Source: Ginkgo biloba
Taxonomy: Eukaryota; Plantae; Ginkgophyta
Reading direction: 5' to 3'
Assembly: GCA_024626585.2 (NCBI GenBank)
Contig: JANKJI020000002.1
Coordinates: 232,396,631-232,420,696, forward strand
Length of the DNA stretch: 24,066 nt
The position numbers and the translations under genes were made by a program. The notes under the pieces were generated by a model. The model searched no databases, had not been told where the DNA came from, and was given only the letters and a program-made list of their open reading frames with translations. Positions within the stretch are counted from its first letter, which is position 1, and every line of letters begins with the position of its first letter. Shown here piece by piece: positions 1-12,175 of this stretch.

Positions 1-1012
1 CATACCTAAAAAGGGAAAGAATCGACAGGAGAAACCTTACGATAAAAAATTAGGACCACTAAACCTCAACATAAATGGTGTCCTATAGGTTAATTATTTC
101 TTGTAGGAATGAAGTAGATAAAAAATACATATGGAATCCAACAAAATATATAATACATATAATTAACTCATGCCATGTAATGAACAATGATACAACTAGA
201 ACCTAGTGGGTTGCAAGATAGAAAATCATCGCCCATGAATGTTGTATATTAGAGAAGAACCATTCTAATAGTTGTTATGGGAGAAAACCCTACATCAAGA
301 AACTCAAAAATCGATGCCACAATCCATTGAAAGACAAAATATGTATCTACCATCAATGAATACAATATGAAGGGACAAAATTCCCTTTGCATGTAGTTGC
401 CATAAAACATTCATAAACCCTACAATTAGTTGAAATAACTATTTGTGGGAGAAAAAGTCTATAAAAAAATCACAATTGAGATTTGAAGAAAAATCCTTAA
501 GAACCTACACCCTCTAAAATAAAATATTAAACCAAACTCTTCAAAGAACTAAATTAGAATAAAATCTCAATTGTGTATAAAGAGCATCACGCCTAAGAAG
601 ATAAAACATGGAGCATCATGGAAGAAAATAGTTGGTAGAAAATCTCAACCAAGCTGCCACATAGCTAAAAGCCTTGCCATATGCTATTTTCCTTCAAATA
701 AAAAACATTTGAATTGGGAGAAAATTCCTAATCTACATTTTCACTTATAGACATCTAAGAGCAAGGAGCAACAAATCCATCTCATAGGGAGATAAGGGAG
801 GAAGATGAGCTAGGAGTAGAGATTGATTGACCACTCCATATTGAAAGTCCAACTTTAGCCAACAAGTTATTTTAGTTAATAATTTCCAAAATTAAGTCAC
901 CCTCCTAGACAAAACTAACTCACTGAGATGATTTCTAAACTAATATATAGGTCATAAAAATGTTAGGAATTAGTTAAACTAATTTATTTCTTTCCTTAAT
1001 CTATAACAAAAC

Positions 1013-1030
1013 AATAATAATAATAATAAT
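1013..1030. repeat. (AAT)6 microsatellite
   Basis: Directly visible run. Confidence 0.85.
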
Positions 1031-3954
1031 GAAAATTATATTGTGGTAAAGGATATCTTAAAAGTTTAGGATTATTTTTGAGTCTTATTTTTATGATACA
1101 CATTATCTACCTAATTTGAGCATAGGGTCTTATTTTTCATGTAAAATTAAATTAATAAGTGAGAGTAAATTGTAGAAATNNNNNNNNNNNNNNNNNNNNN
1201 NNNNNNNNNNNNNNNNNNNNNNNNNNNNNNNNNNNNNNNNNNNNNNNNNNNNNNNNNNNNNNNNNNNNNNNNNNNNNNNAGTGCTTTACATATCTTACCT
1301 CCTTCTTATATACATATATTACCTCCTTCTTACTTGTTATCAATTATAAATTTCAACTAGCTAGTTTTGATTATTTGAGTTGGTCCTCTAATTTCTTTAT
1401 TTTTTTATTTTACATCCTCATTATCCTAGGTTAATTGTTCATTGGCCAACCTTAACATTATGCCACTAAATTCAATAAGAATAAAAATAATTTTTTCTTC
1501 CCACCTTTCTTAATAAATTTTTTATTTCATTAATAATGTAAGTAATTCTATATCTACTATTATTAGTGGGATAATATGATAAGTATTTGGTTGAATATTT
1601 TTTGGGATGAATTTTTAAATTTTTGTTTAGAAAGGTGATGAAGTTTATGAATGGATAGATAGAGATATTGAAGGTTGAGTAGATGGTTTAATTAATATTT
1701 TAATTAGGGATGAAGGCCCACCCTACTCTATTACTATGGTAGTGTTTATTATTAATTGTATAAGGCTAGGATGCAATAGTTATTTATCTTATCCTTTTTT
1801 TCATCCGTAGATTTTTGTCCATGGTGTTTAGAGGAAAATAGGCCATTTATACTAACTCTAACTTCTTCCAAGTAGTGAAATATTTGAAATGGAGGATATA
1901 GAGGTATATGGGGTGATGTATCATAAAATAATTCTTTAAATAAATATATCTAGTCCCAAGGTGCAAGATCCAATTTTATAAGGACCCTCATATACGTACT
2001 CACCCACTTTGGAGGATGAGTTGAATGAAATATATTTAAGATGTCATTAAGTTCTTGAGGGTATTCCATTATATCATTATTGTATATAATTGATTGATTT
2101 ATTCTTCATCATTCATATGTTTACTTGTCATCTTCATGGAATTGGGCTTGTGATTCAATTAACATAGTATCAAAGTTGTGAGATGCCATAATTTTAACAT
2201 GGTATTAGATATTATGATAACTTGTATTATCTAAAAATCTTCTCCTTGTCCATATTATCCTCTTTATTTATATCTTAAATAACCTCCTTATTAACTCTTT
2301 AGTTACAATAATTTTCTTATCGTTAACCCTAATTGTCTTATTATCTTAAATTTATAAAAATTCCATGACATGTAAGGAATTAAAAAGGAAAATATTATAT
2401 TTAAGATAAATAACTTCACTCCTATAAATAGGATATATAATACATTTTTCTTATGAATAATTAACCATAAATTTAAATCCTTCCTTACCTATAAAGTTTA
2501 TGGATAAACATGTGGTAAACTTTGTGCTTTTTCCTCAACCACTACAACATCCAATTTCTCCTTAGGGAAAATATTAGAGGAAAAATATATCCAATTGGTT
2601 ATTTTTTATAATTTTTCTAAGAATAATATTCTCTAATATTCAAAATTCTTCTAAGATATTCTTCATGTTTTTTTAATTTTAATTCAAAATAATTAGTTTA
2701 TTTTCTAGATTTAGCTTAAGTTACTAGAAAGACATTTATTTTACCAAAATATTAATTGAAAATATATATGTTACTTATTTTATATTTACAAACTATTCAC
2801 CAATTTAAGTGAATCCTTATTATTTTTTGTGTTTCACTTACTCTTCTATTTGTACTATCTATTGCTATACCTCTATTTCATCTAGTAATAATTTCTCTAC
2901 CTTCCTCTTCATATTATATACCTATATAATTAGCTGATTTTGTAATAACCCATTCTCAATATTCTCTTTTTCATAATTCTCTACTTAATATTAATCATTG
3001 ATATTTTAGAACTAATTTATACTTCTATTTATGCTTAATATAATGTTTGTCTTTGATGTATTTTTGTCAATCTTGTTAATAAAATTCCATCTTCAATTCC
3101 CCCCCCCGAAAAAAAAAGGTTATGCTTGTACTTAGACTTTAGAAATTTAAATTCTATAAATAAATCACACCCCCTACTTGAGATCACTAACTTTATGTGA
3201 TGAAATATACCTTCAATTATGATGAAGGTAGTCATAACCCTAATGTGACCTATTCAATAGTTTATATAGCATAAAATGAAAATTGGGNNNNNNNNNNNNN
3301 NNNNNNNNNNNNNNNNNNNNNNNNNNNNNNNNNNNNNNNNNNNNNNNNNNNNNNNNNNNNNNNNNNNNNNNNNNNNNNNNNNNTGTAATTAAAAATAAAT
3401 ATGATGTAAAAAAAATATGATTTAGGGTGATCATATAAAGAATAAAACTATCTAGGAGTAATTTGGTGATGAATTTCTTAACAAAAAGTCCCTCAAATAG
3501 TTTCAAGGTAAATTGAATAATGAAAATTTATCTTCATGTGGCTTTAAGGAATGTGTATTAGAAGTTATATTCAAATTATTAATAAGTAATGTGATCAAAA
3601 TAAAAGTTAATNNNNNNNNNNNNNNNNNNNNNNNNNNNNNNNNNNNNNNNNNNNNNNNNNNNNNNNNNNNNNNNNNNNNNNNNNNNNNNNNNNNNNNNNN
3701 NNNNNNNNNNNTATCTTGATTGACTTATGGTACTATGTTAGTTATTATCTATTCTACCTCACATCAATGATTTGTAAATTATTCTTTACTTCTACCATCT
3801 ATTAAGCGTCTTCTATTATTTTCCATTTTTTGACCTTCTTTATTTTTTCTAATTCACCTCCACTAATAATCTTAACTCTTATTAGGTGATTCCTCTATTA
3901 AATCCTCTGACAGTCTTCACCTCCATCGGGATACCTCCTAATTTATAAAATAAC

Positions 3955-3971
3955 TTATTATTATTATTATT
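3955..3971. repeat. (TTA)5 microsatellite
   Basis: Directly visible run. Confidence 0.7.
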
Positions 3972-5639
3972 GATAATATCTCTCTTATCGCCAACTATCA
4001 TTAGTCTCCCTATTATCACTATCACTATCATTGGTCTTTTCTATCGATGTCCTTCCTTTGTCGGACATCACTCTTTTCTTCCCTTCCTTTGTCTCTTTTA
4101 TCTTAGCTATCAATTGTTGATAGTTGTTCATTGATAATGAATCACCAATATCTTCTCCCCTTTGATATACTCACTCAATACTATAGGGAAACTCATAAAA
4201 TACTATTGTTTCATTGGTTGTCAATCTTTAAGTTGTTGTTAGTCTATTGCCCACCATCACTATTGATGGTCCTATCAAATGGTGGGGATGCTTCTATATC
4301 ATCCTATGCTTATAAAATTTCTATATTATCTCCTTACCATTCCATTCTTCCATCTCTCTTATACTTTTATTCACCTCACTCCTTCAGTTCTATTTCCATA
4401 ATCCTAGTGTTGTCTCTCATGGTAATCTCTTTCTACTTTGCCAAATATTTTTATATGTTCCTTCCTAGACTCTATTCCACCTCTTCACTAAATTTCTCTT
4501 AGTAATCTACAACCATATTCTCCTTGTATCCTTATCTCTCATCCATAAATTCCTACCATGCCTCCATCACTACCTTTCTTGACTTCTATTGGTCATTTGT
4601 CAAACACATTTGGCCATTTATCAACATACTTACCTAGTCATCAACCATATTTGATCATTTATCCACTCTTTAGGATTCCCATCCATTCCTCTTGTATTGT
4701 TTGTTGATCCATCCTTTGGTTGGTCACCTAACATATCTCTCTTTCCTATTTTACTTAGGTAGTTACTTCTTGCTTCATCAATAATGGTTCCACATAACCC
4801 TTTACCTTCAACCTTCTATAACTTTTCTAGTGTTGTAGGAATATCCACATCCCCCAAATATGGATTCACTCATCATCTCTATTGATACACTAAGGTCATA
4901 CTCTCAATGAATCTTATTATGATTTGTGTCACCATCCATGTTCTTCTCCTCCCATACAATATTGATTTGTATATGCTCTCATCCCCCTTTGGAATATAAT
5001 AGTTTTATCTAACCTCTTATTGACACTTCCTTATCTATTAGTTCAAGAATTATTATATTTATTATTGTACCCTTCGCCTAGGCCTACTCTTCTAGATTAT
5101 ATATTTGTATAGTCTCCTCTGACTGGTTCTTACTCTCTACTCTTTATTGTACTTTTCAATTATTATCACCTATAAATATATCATAATGATACCTCTCCTT
5201 ATTGCTATCCTCATGTTTCTCCCATGTTGTCTCCACAACTCTCTAAACCTTCATCCTCTCCTTCACCCTCATCTAGTGCTACCTTGTTTATATACTTTGA
5301 TTTGTCTATTGAACCTCCTATGGTTTAATTTCCTAACTCCTTATACCACTAGTTGAACTCACTTGGTAATTTTATCATTACTTATTTTTTTTTCCCATCT
5401 ACCATGGGTCATTTGCTGACCCCTCTTTGGTGAGTTTATCCAACTCCTTTGGATTATTTATTTTACATTCCTTAGTAATTTTCTTCCCTCTCCTTGGGAC
5501 ATTCATTTACCATCTATTTTCCATCATAGGATAAAACACCAAAGTCCTCAAATCCATTTTACAAGCCATGTAACTCACATATATTCTCCTCTTAATGTCC
5601 CCTCAAGTCATCATGACCTCTTATAAGATTGTAAAAAAG

Positions 5640-5673
5640 ACACACCTCTCCTTTATACACACCTCTCCTTTAT
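5640..5673. repeat. Perfect 17-bp tandem duplication
   Basis: ACACACCTCTCCTTTAT x2 (5640-5656, 5657-5673). Confidence 0.9.
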
Positions 5674-6839
5674 AATTGAAGTATTCCTTCTTCTTGTCTT
5701 CTCCATCCAAGATCTTTGCCTCANNNNNNNNNNNNNNNNNNNNNNNNNNNNNNNNNNNNNNNNNNNNNNNNNNNNNNNNNNNNNNNNNNNNNNNNNNNNN
5801 NNNNNNNNNNNNNNNNNNNNNNNNNNNNNNNNNNNNNNNNNNNNNNNNNNNNNNNNNNNNNNNNNNNNNNNNNNNNNNNNNNNNNNNNNNNNNNNNNNNN
5901 NNNNNNNNNNNNNNNNNNNNNNNNNNNNNNNNNNNNNNNNNNNNNNNNNNNNNNNNNNNNNNNNNNNNNNNNNNNNNNNNNNNNNNNNNNNNNNNNNNNN
6001 NNNNNNNNNNNNNNNNNNNNNNNNNNNNNNNNNNNNNNNNNNNNNNNNNNNNNNNNNNNNNNNNNNNNNNNNNNNNNNNNNNNNNNNNNNNNNNNNNNNN
6101 NNNNNNNNNNNNNNNNNNNNNNNNNNNNNNNNNNNNNNNNNNNNNNNNNNNNNNNNNNNNNNNNNNNNNNNNNNNNNNNNNNNNNNNNNNNNNNNNNNNN
6201 NNNNNNNNNNNNNNNNNNNNNNNNNNNNNNNNNNNNNNNNNNNNNNNNNNNNNNNNNNNNNNNNNNNNNNNNNNNNNNNNNNNNNNNNNNNNNNNNNNNN
6301 NNNNNNNNNNNNNNNNNNNNNNNNNNNNNNNNNNNNNNNNNNNNNNNNNNNNNNNNNNNNNNNNNNNNNNNNNNNNNNNNNNNNNNNNNNNNNNNNNNNN
6401 NNNNNNNNNNNNNNNNNNNNNNNNNNNNNNNNNNNNNNNNNNNNNNNNNNNNNNNNNNNNNNNNNNNNNNNNNNNNNNNNNNNNNNNNNNNNNNNNNNNN
6501 NNNNNNNNNNNNNNNNNNNNNNNNNNNNNNNNNNNNNNNNNNNNNNNNNNNNNNNNNNNNNNNNNNNNNNNNNNNNNNNNNNNNNNNNNNNNNNNNNNNN
6601 NNNNNNNNNNNNNNNNNNNNNNNNNNNNNNNNNNNNNNNNNNNNNNNNNNNNNNNNNNNNNNNNNNNNNNNNNNNNNNNNNNNNCTCCTTAACACTTCCT
6701 TAGCAATATCCTATGATCTATCTCACCACAACCACTATCTTGGACACTCCTTTACTCTTTTTATAGATCTCCTTTCATCGACCCCTTTATATAGCCATAA
6801 CCTTATATTTTCGTAACACATTTTTATGATATCTTTCTA

Positions 6840-6851
6840 GCTTTGATACCA
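6840..6851 (-). other. Primer-binding site (tRNA-iMet type) of a minus-strand LTR retrotransposon
   Basis: GCTTTGATACCA reverse-complements to TGGTATCAAAGC, 11/12 to the canonical plant PBS TGGTATCAGAGC. On the minus strand it lies 5 nt after ...CTACA (LTR-terminal CA; TG at 6857-6858 on +). Confidence 0.75.
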
Positions 6852-6856
6852 TATTA

Positions 6857-7976
6857 TGTAGCCACCTAGGCTCAATTGATTTGATACTTGATGATGAAAC
6901 TTGCATCCTAGGTGTCTAATATCTCACCCAAATTCCTCTTGAAATTCTCCATTTTATTAATACATAGTAGCCTAATGAAAAATAAAAAAAAATATACATG
7001 GATAACTCCTCACAAAAATTCACAAAAAAAAGAAAATGTTGTCATTAAAATTACCCTGAAAGGATCACACATTACAGGGTTTATCAACCTTCAGTACATT
7101 TAGACCCCCATTGGGGTTGTAATGTTAAAATATAATATAAAAACTGCATTAGACATATTACATAAATATTTCTCCTCAATTGCCTCATATTCAATGATTA
7201 TATTGCTCCTCTTCTCTCTTCTCTCTTTTCCACTTGACCTACTATCTTATTTTCTTTTCTTCTCTACTTATTGGCTTCCTCATCGTCAATAGTCTACTAG
7301 TATCTTCTCCTCACTTACTTTTATAACTTCCTTTAATTTATCTTTCCTATATCTTAGGATGCCTCATTTTTAATGATCTACCTATTTATATAATCTCACT
7401 AATATCTCATTTCCTTCTTCTTCAATTATTCTCCATGGCTATCTCAAGTTTGATAGTCTCCCACTATCTCCTCTTCCCTATGGATTCCTCACATTCGACA
7501 ATATACCACTTTCTTTTTCTCATCATTGATCTCTCTAATTATTAAAATCCTTTTCCATGAATCTCTTGGTATATCTTCCTTATCTCTATCTTTGTCCATT
7601 ACCTCTTATATGTTCCAAATTAATCATTAGGTGTTTGAAGTCACCTAACTCTACTGCCTTGGCTTTGATTGGTGGCTTCATTAATTATTCCTCTACTATC
7701 AAAAATTTAAATTCACCTATCATCCTCAAGCCATAAAATATCCCACTCTAGAACTTCGTGGGTGTATATTAATTCCATTCATTAATGTCTACCAATAGGC
7801 ATCTACCTACCATCTTCTTTTTCTCTCTAGAGGTTTCCTGCTAGTTAACACTATACATTTGTCTTCTTTATATTCATTGACTTATAGTATGTCTCCACAT
7901 TATATTGGTTCTTATTTGTACTACTTTATTACCAATGATCTATATTTTATTATTCACTTATACCATATTTTGGTTA
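6857..7976 (-). mobile_element. Degenerate 5' LTR of a minus-strand LTR retrotransposon (distal end uncertain or lost in gap)
   Basis: Abuts the PBS with a terminal CA. It is non-coding, strongly pyrimidine-biased on +, and colinearly similar (inverted) to ~14900-15610. Confidence 0.65.
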
Positions 7977-8612
7977 NNNNNNNNNNNNNNNNNNNNNNNN
8001 NNNNNNNNNNNNNNNNNNNNNNNNNNNNNNNNNNNNNNNNNNNNNNNNNNNNNNNNNNNNNNNNNNNNNNNNNNNNNNNNNNNNNNNNNNNNNNNNNNNN
8101 NNNNNNNNNNNNNNNNNNNNNNNNNNNNNNNNNNNNNNNNNNNNNNNNNNNNNNNNNNNNNNNNNNNNNNNNNNNNNNNNNNNNNNNNNNNNNNNNNNNN
8201 NNNNNNNNNNNNNNNNNNNNNNNNNNNNNNNNNNNNNNNNNNNNNNNNNNNNNNNNNNNNNNNNNNNNNNNNNNNNNNNNNNNNNNNNNNNNNNNNNNNN
8301 NNNNNNNNNNNNNNNNNNNNNNNNNNNNNNNNNNNNNNNNNNNNNNNNNNNNNNNNNNNNNNNNNNNNNNNNNNNNNNNNNNNNNNNNNNNNNNNNNNNN
8401 NNNNNNNNNNNNNNNNNNNNNNNNNNNNNNNNNNNNNNNNNNNNNNNNNNNNNNNNNNNNNNNNNNNNNNNNNNNNNNNNNNNNNNNNNNNNNNNNNNNN
8501 NNNNNNNNNNNNNNNNNNNNNNNNNNNNNNNNNNNNNNNNNNNNNNNNNNNNNNNNNNNNNNNNNNNNNNNNNNNNNNNNNNNNNNNNNNNNNNNNNNNN
8601 NNNNNNNNNNCT

Positions 8613-8790
8613 AAGGATATTATTCTATTATATGATAATGAGTTCAAAAACATGAAAGGGAAGATAAAGAAAAAGTGGATAGGGACATATGTTTTGGAAA
8701 ATTTGCATGAAAATGGATAAGATGAATTATCAAAATTAACTCTTGAACCAATTCTAGATTGAGTTAATGGAGCTCAGTAATTTTTTTTTA
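8613..8790 (+). mobile_element. Ty3/Gypsy (Athila/Tat-like, non-chromovirus) integrase C-terminal GPY/F remnant
   Basis: Translation KDIILLYDNEFKNMKGKIKKKWIGTYVLENLHENG*DELSKLTLEPILD*VNGAQ* matches the pattern GD.VLLY......GKL...W.GPY.I.....NG...L..........VNG.RLK.Y. Confidence 0.75.
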
Positions 8791-10740
8791 GAGAATAAAG
8801 GAGTGAAAAAGATCATTGTATATATGTATCATATTTTATATAATTCAATGGGAAAAAAATTAGTTATGAAAGTTATCTCACCAAAAATACAATTTGAGAT
8901 TTTATTTGAAGGAAGACTAAAATATTGTTCATTGAAAATGTCTTAGCATAAGATTCAAGAAATACTTTTCAAAGAAAATTGTTTAAGTATTGGACTTATA
9001 CAAATAAAATAATTTGTATAAAAATTACCCCTTTATGAGAAATGATTGATTTTCTCAAAATTAGGACAAGTCAATGAAATAGGGAAAGTCATATAACAAT
9101 AAGAACTTGAATTTTTTTAGAAATATTAAGCTCTTTTCATATAAAATAATACAATGATTTCTTGATAAATTATTTTGATGAAGAAACTCAAAAGAATAAG
9201 GGTGAGGAACCATCATTTGGTACATCAAAATTAAATAAGGATTATAATCTAAGTTTATTTTATTACTTAAAAAAATTGTTATAAATATATGAAAAAAGAC
9301 TAAGTCACAAGTTTTGTACTAATTTTTAAGATTTGTCCAAATCTTGTAAAGTGATATCATTAAGAAGTTGTAGATTTTTGACAAAAATGATAAAATCATG
9401 CAATATAGGTTTAAGGGAATCTGACTAAAGAAGAAATCCATAACTAAGTGTTATTGCATAAAAAGGACCAAAGAACATAAAAAATCATAAATTTATAAAA
9501 TTAGGAAGTTCTTAATTGGGGAAAATGATGCGATAAGGAACACACTAAAAAAAATAGCTAGGCAATTTATGGCAAAGCGTGCAAAATGTGTAGTCAATTT
9601 TAATGCACTAATTTAATATTAAAAGATAATAAAAAACACAATTAGTGCCATTTCACCNNNNNNNNNNATAACTATTATAAAAAGGATTTCATTACATTTG
9701 ATAATTTATTGTTAAAAAATTAAATTCTAAGGGTTTAAGTTTAGAAGGAAAAATAGATACGATAGGCAAGCAACAATTTATCACCTTATGAAATTTTAAA
9801 AGTTTTTGTTATTCAATGAAATATTTTCTATCATCATGAAAATTTTCATGAATATTATGGTGGATGATGAAATTTTCAAAGGAATGGGAGAAGTATCACA
9901 AGGTAAAAATAAAGATTATATTAATACACATAATGAATTCTAATGAAGAAGCATTCAGTAAATGGATGAGAAGTTTTAGATTCATACCTTGTTAACAGTA
10001 CTAAGACTAGTCTATAATAGAAATTTGGTAACATAATTGATGCATGCTATGGGAATAAGTGATGTTGTTTAAGTAATAAATATATCAACATTGATGGAAA
10101 ATTGATTCATGACTTAATTATAATACAAAATTAGGGAAAGCCTATTAATATAAAGATAGAGAAAAAATGGTTTAATGCTAAAAGGCACACTATTGTAGAG
10201 ACTATCATGAAAGAAGAACTATTGGGGGTAAATGAGAAAATTATAAATAAATTGGATTTACCACTTGTGGTAATAGGTGCTTATGAATATGAATCCTTAA
10301 TATACTGAGCATGTATGGTGTTGAAGAAATTATGATACATTAAATAATGATGATAAATATAATTTTATAAAATTTTATGCAAACAAGATTCCATTTGATA
10401 TTTATATGGTAAAAAAAGGTAGAACAAAGTTCATGCATTCATTGACATTATTGGCCATTTATTTATCAAGATCCCAAATATAAAGGGATATGATCATTAA
10501 GAAACAACTTGGACAAGCTAGATATTTTATGTTGAAATATTTTTTCTTTGAATAGAAGCCTAGAAAAGATTATAAGAAAATGAAAATTGAGATTGCTAAT
10601 GTTTATGGATAAATCATTAGCAATTTTTAGATAAAAAGAGGAAAAATTGCAGGCAAAGTATCATAGGTTATAAGATAAAGTATGATAAAAAATGAATTAG
10701 CAGATATGTTTAAGAGGAACAAATACATAATGATTATAGT
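8791..10740 (+). mobile_element. Decayed post-pol region of that Gypsy element, possibly a ruined accessory ORF
   Basis: Directly follows the integrase tail, with A/G-rich coding-like strand bias and short protein-like runs (EAFSKWMRSFRF ~9950; KWFNAKRHTIVETIMKEELLGVNEKIINKLDLPLVVIGAYEYES ~10165-10296). No intact ORF; the assignment is positional inference. Confidence 0.3.
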
Positions 10741-10840
10741 NNNNNNNNNNNNNNNNNNNNNNNNNNNNNNNNNNNNNNNNNNNNNNNNNNNNNNNNNNNN
10801 NNNNNNNNNNNNNNNNNNNNNNNNNNNNNNNNNNNNNNNN

Positions 10841-11215
10841 AGCATCCCTCCTAAGTTTTCATTTTAGTCGTTTACAACTAGTCCACTTACCATCACTTAT
10901 AGAATCCAATAATATTAGCTCTTAGAATCGCTTATCTCTTTATTTTCATTTAATATTACATTATGAACATTTTATTCAATCCTCAAGAGATTTCAATGGA
11001 TGAAGACCATCACGTTGAGAAGGAAGCTCAAAACTAAAGGAGACTTACTTTGGAGCATGTGGAAGGCCTTCACTTTAATAATTGTGAATAATTTGGCTCA
11101 AGTATTTTGACATTATGAGTTATTTATTTTATTAATACATCATAATAAATTAATAAAATAAAATTATAATTTCCTTCTTCATTAAGTTACCTAGGAAAGG
11201 AAGGGGTCTTTTACA
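10841..11215 (+). mobile_element. Possible LTR 3' end fragment
   Basis: Ends ...CTAGGAAAGGAAGGGGTCTTTTACA, resembling the GGGG..TTACA termini of plant Gypsy LTRs, and composition changes afterwards. No partner LTR or TSD identified. Confidence 0.3.
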
Positions 11216-12151
11216 TTATTTCTCATTCTTGCACATAATTAGAATACTTGTCTCTCTCTTTCTCCTTGACTCTATAATAAATAATACATCTTCAATTATA
11301 TTTCTTAGGTATTAAATTTTACATATAAATGTTTAATTTTACATTTTTTTACTATGGAATTGGTATCTTTTCTTGATTTAAGTGATACTATATTAGGATT
11401 GCTTGTTATTCTTTAGCGTTGGTGTTGGAACCTAATGGGTGAAAGGGATAAAAGGATTTACTTATTTTAATATTTATATATATTTTAAGATATGAATTAT
11501 TTGGATTGTAATTAGGAATATAATATATAATTGTGAATTTTTCAACTTTTATTTATAAGAAATATAGGAAAAAAGGTTGAGGGAATTCATTTCTATGCTC
11601 TTGCAAGAACTAGTGTTGAAACCTAATTAAAAAGGAAACTAAATTTATTTATTTTTAAGTATTATTTTATTTAAATAAATATTAAAATAATAAATTATTA
11701 TATTAATGAATAATAATACATATTAAGTGGTAATTAAAGTAATCCCTTCTTTCTTCTTATAGTTTAGTTTTTAAATCTAGATAACTAGGGGTGTGGGGGT
11801 TATTTTCTTTATTTATCATTAATTAAATATACATTTCATCTCATAAATAAGAACATAAATATTAAAAACACTAATAATTTATGATGATTATCAATCTTAC
11901 TTTCTTATAAGGTTCCCTTAAATGATCCTTTTTATAGCATTAGAATCATGTTTAATTGTTGATTCTCTTAACAAAGGTTCTCTTGAATATCCTTTCTTGT
12001 GGCTATTTAAATTGTGGTAATTATGCCTAATTGAACATAAATAATATAAATATAATACATGATTTTTAACTTATTAAAGGGTGAAGGGAAAGGTAAATTA
12101 AAATAATCGTTTATTTCTTTGAGTATAAGTTAGTTTAGGCTTATTTATTAA

Positions 12152-12175
12152 TCTCTCTCTCTCTCTCTCTCTCTC
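12152..12175. repeat. (TC)12 microsatellite
   Basis: Directly visible run. Confidence 0.95.

Larger units (their letters stand above)
3712..6839 (-). mobile_element. Highly decayed internal (probably gag-region) sequence of the minus-strand LTR element
   Basis: Lies downstream of the PBS on the minus strand and is purine-rich on that strand. There are only faint Cys/His knuckle-like remnants near 5500-5650 and no intact ORF. It is interrupted by a ~960-N gap and the left boundary is uncertain. Confidence 0.35.

Noticed and set aside
1-1179. Probable LTR fragment at the window start
   Set aside because: Composition is LTR-like, but no terminus, PBS, PPT or second copy could be shown, so it is not called.
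4131-5356. Hydrophobic L/S/F/I-rich ORFs (also 14353-14565, 15086-15370, 16009-16218) as small membrane proteins
   Set aside because: Expected by-product of pyrimidine-rich or AT-rich strands of decayed TEs; no domain signature.
5676-6816. Long ORFs in the track spanning N-runs (also 1152-1434, 3240-3719, 7859-8720, 10627-10867, 12560-13078, 14117-14449, 15561-15806, 17019-17303, 18543-19242, 20362-20604)
   Set aside because: They are open only because NNN translates as X. These are assembly-gap artefacts; only the 8613-8720 tail is meaningful (integrase).
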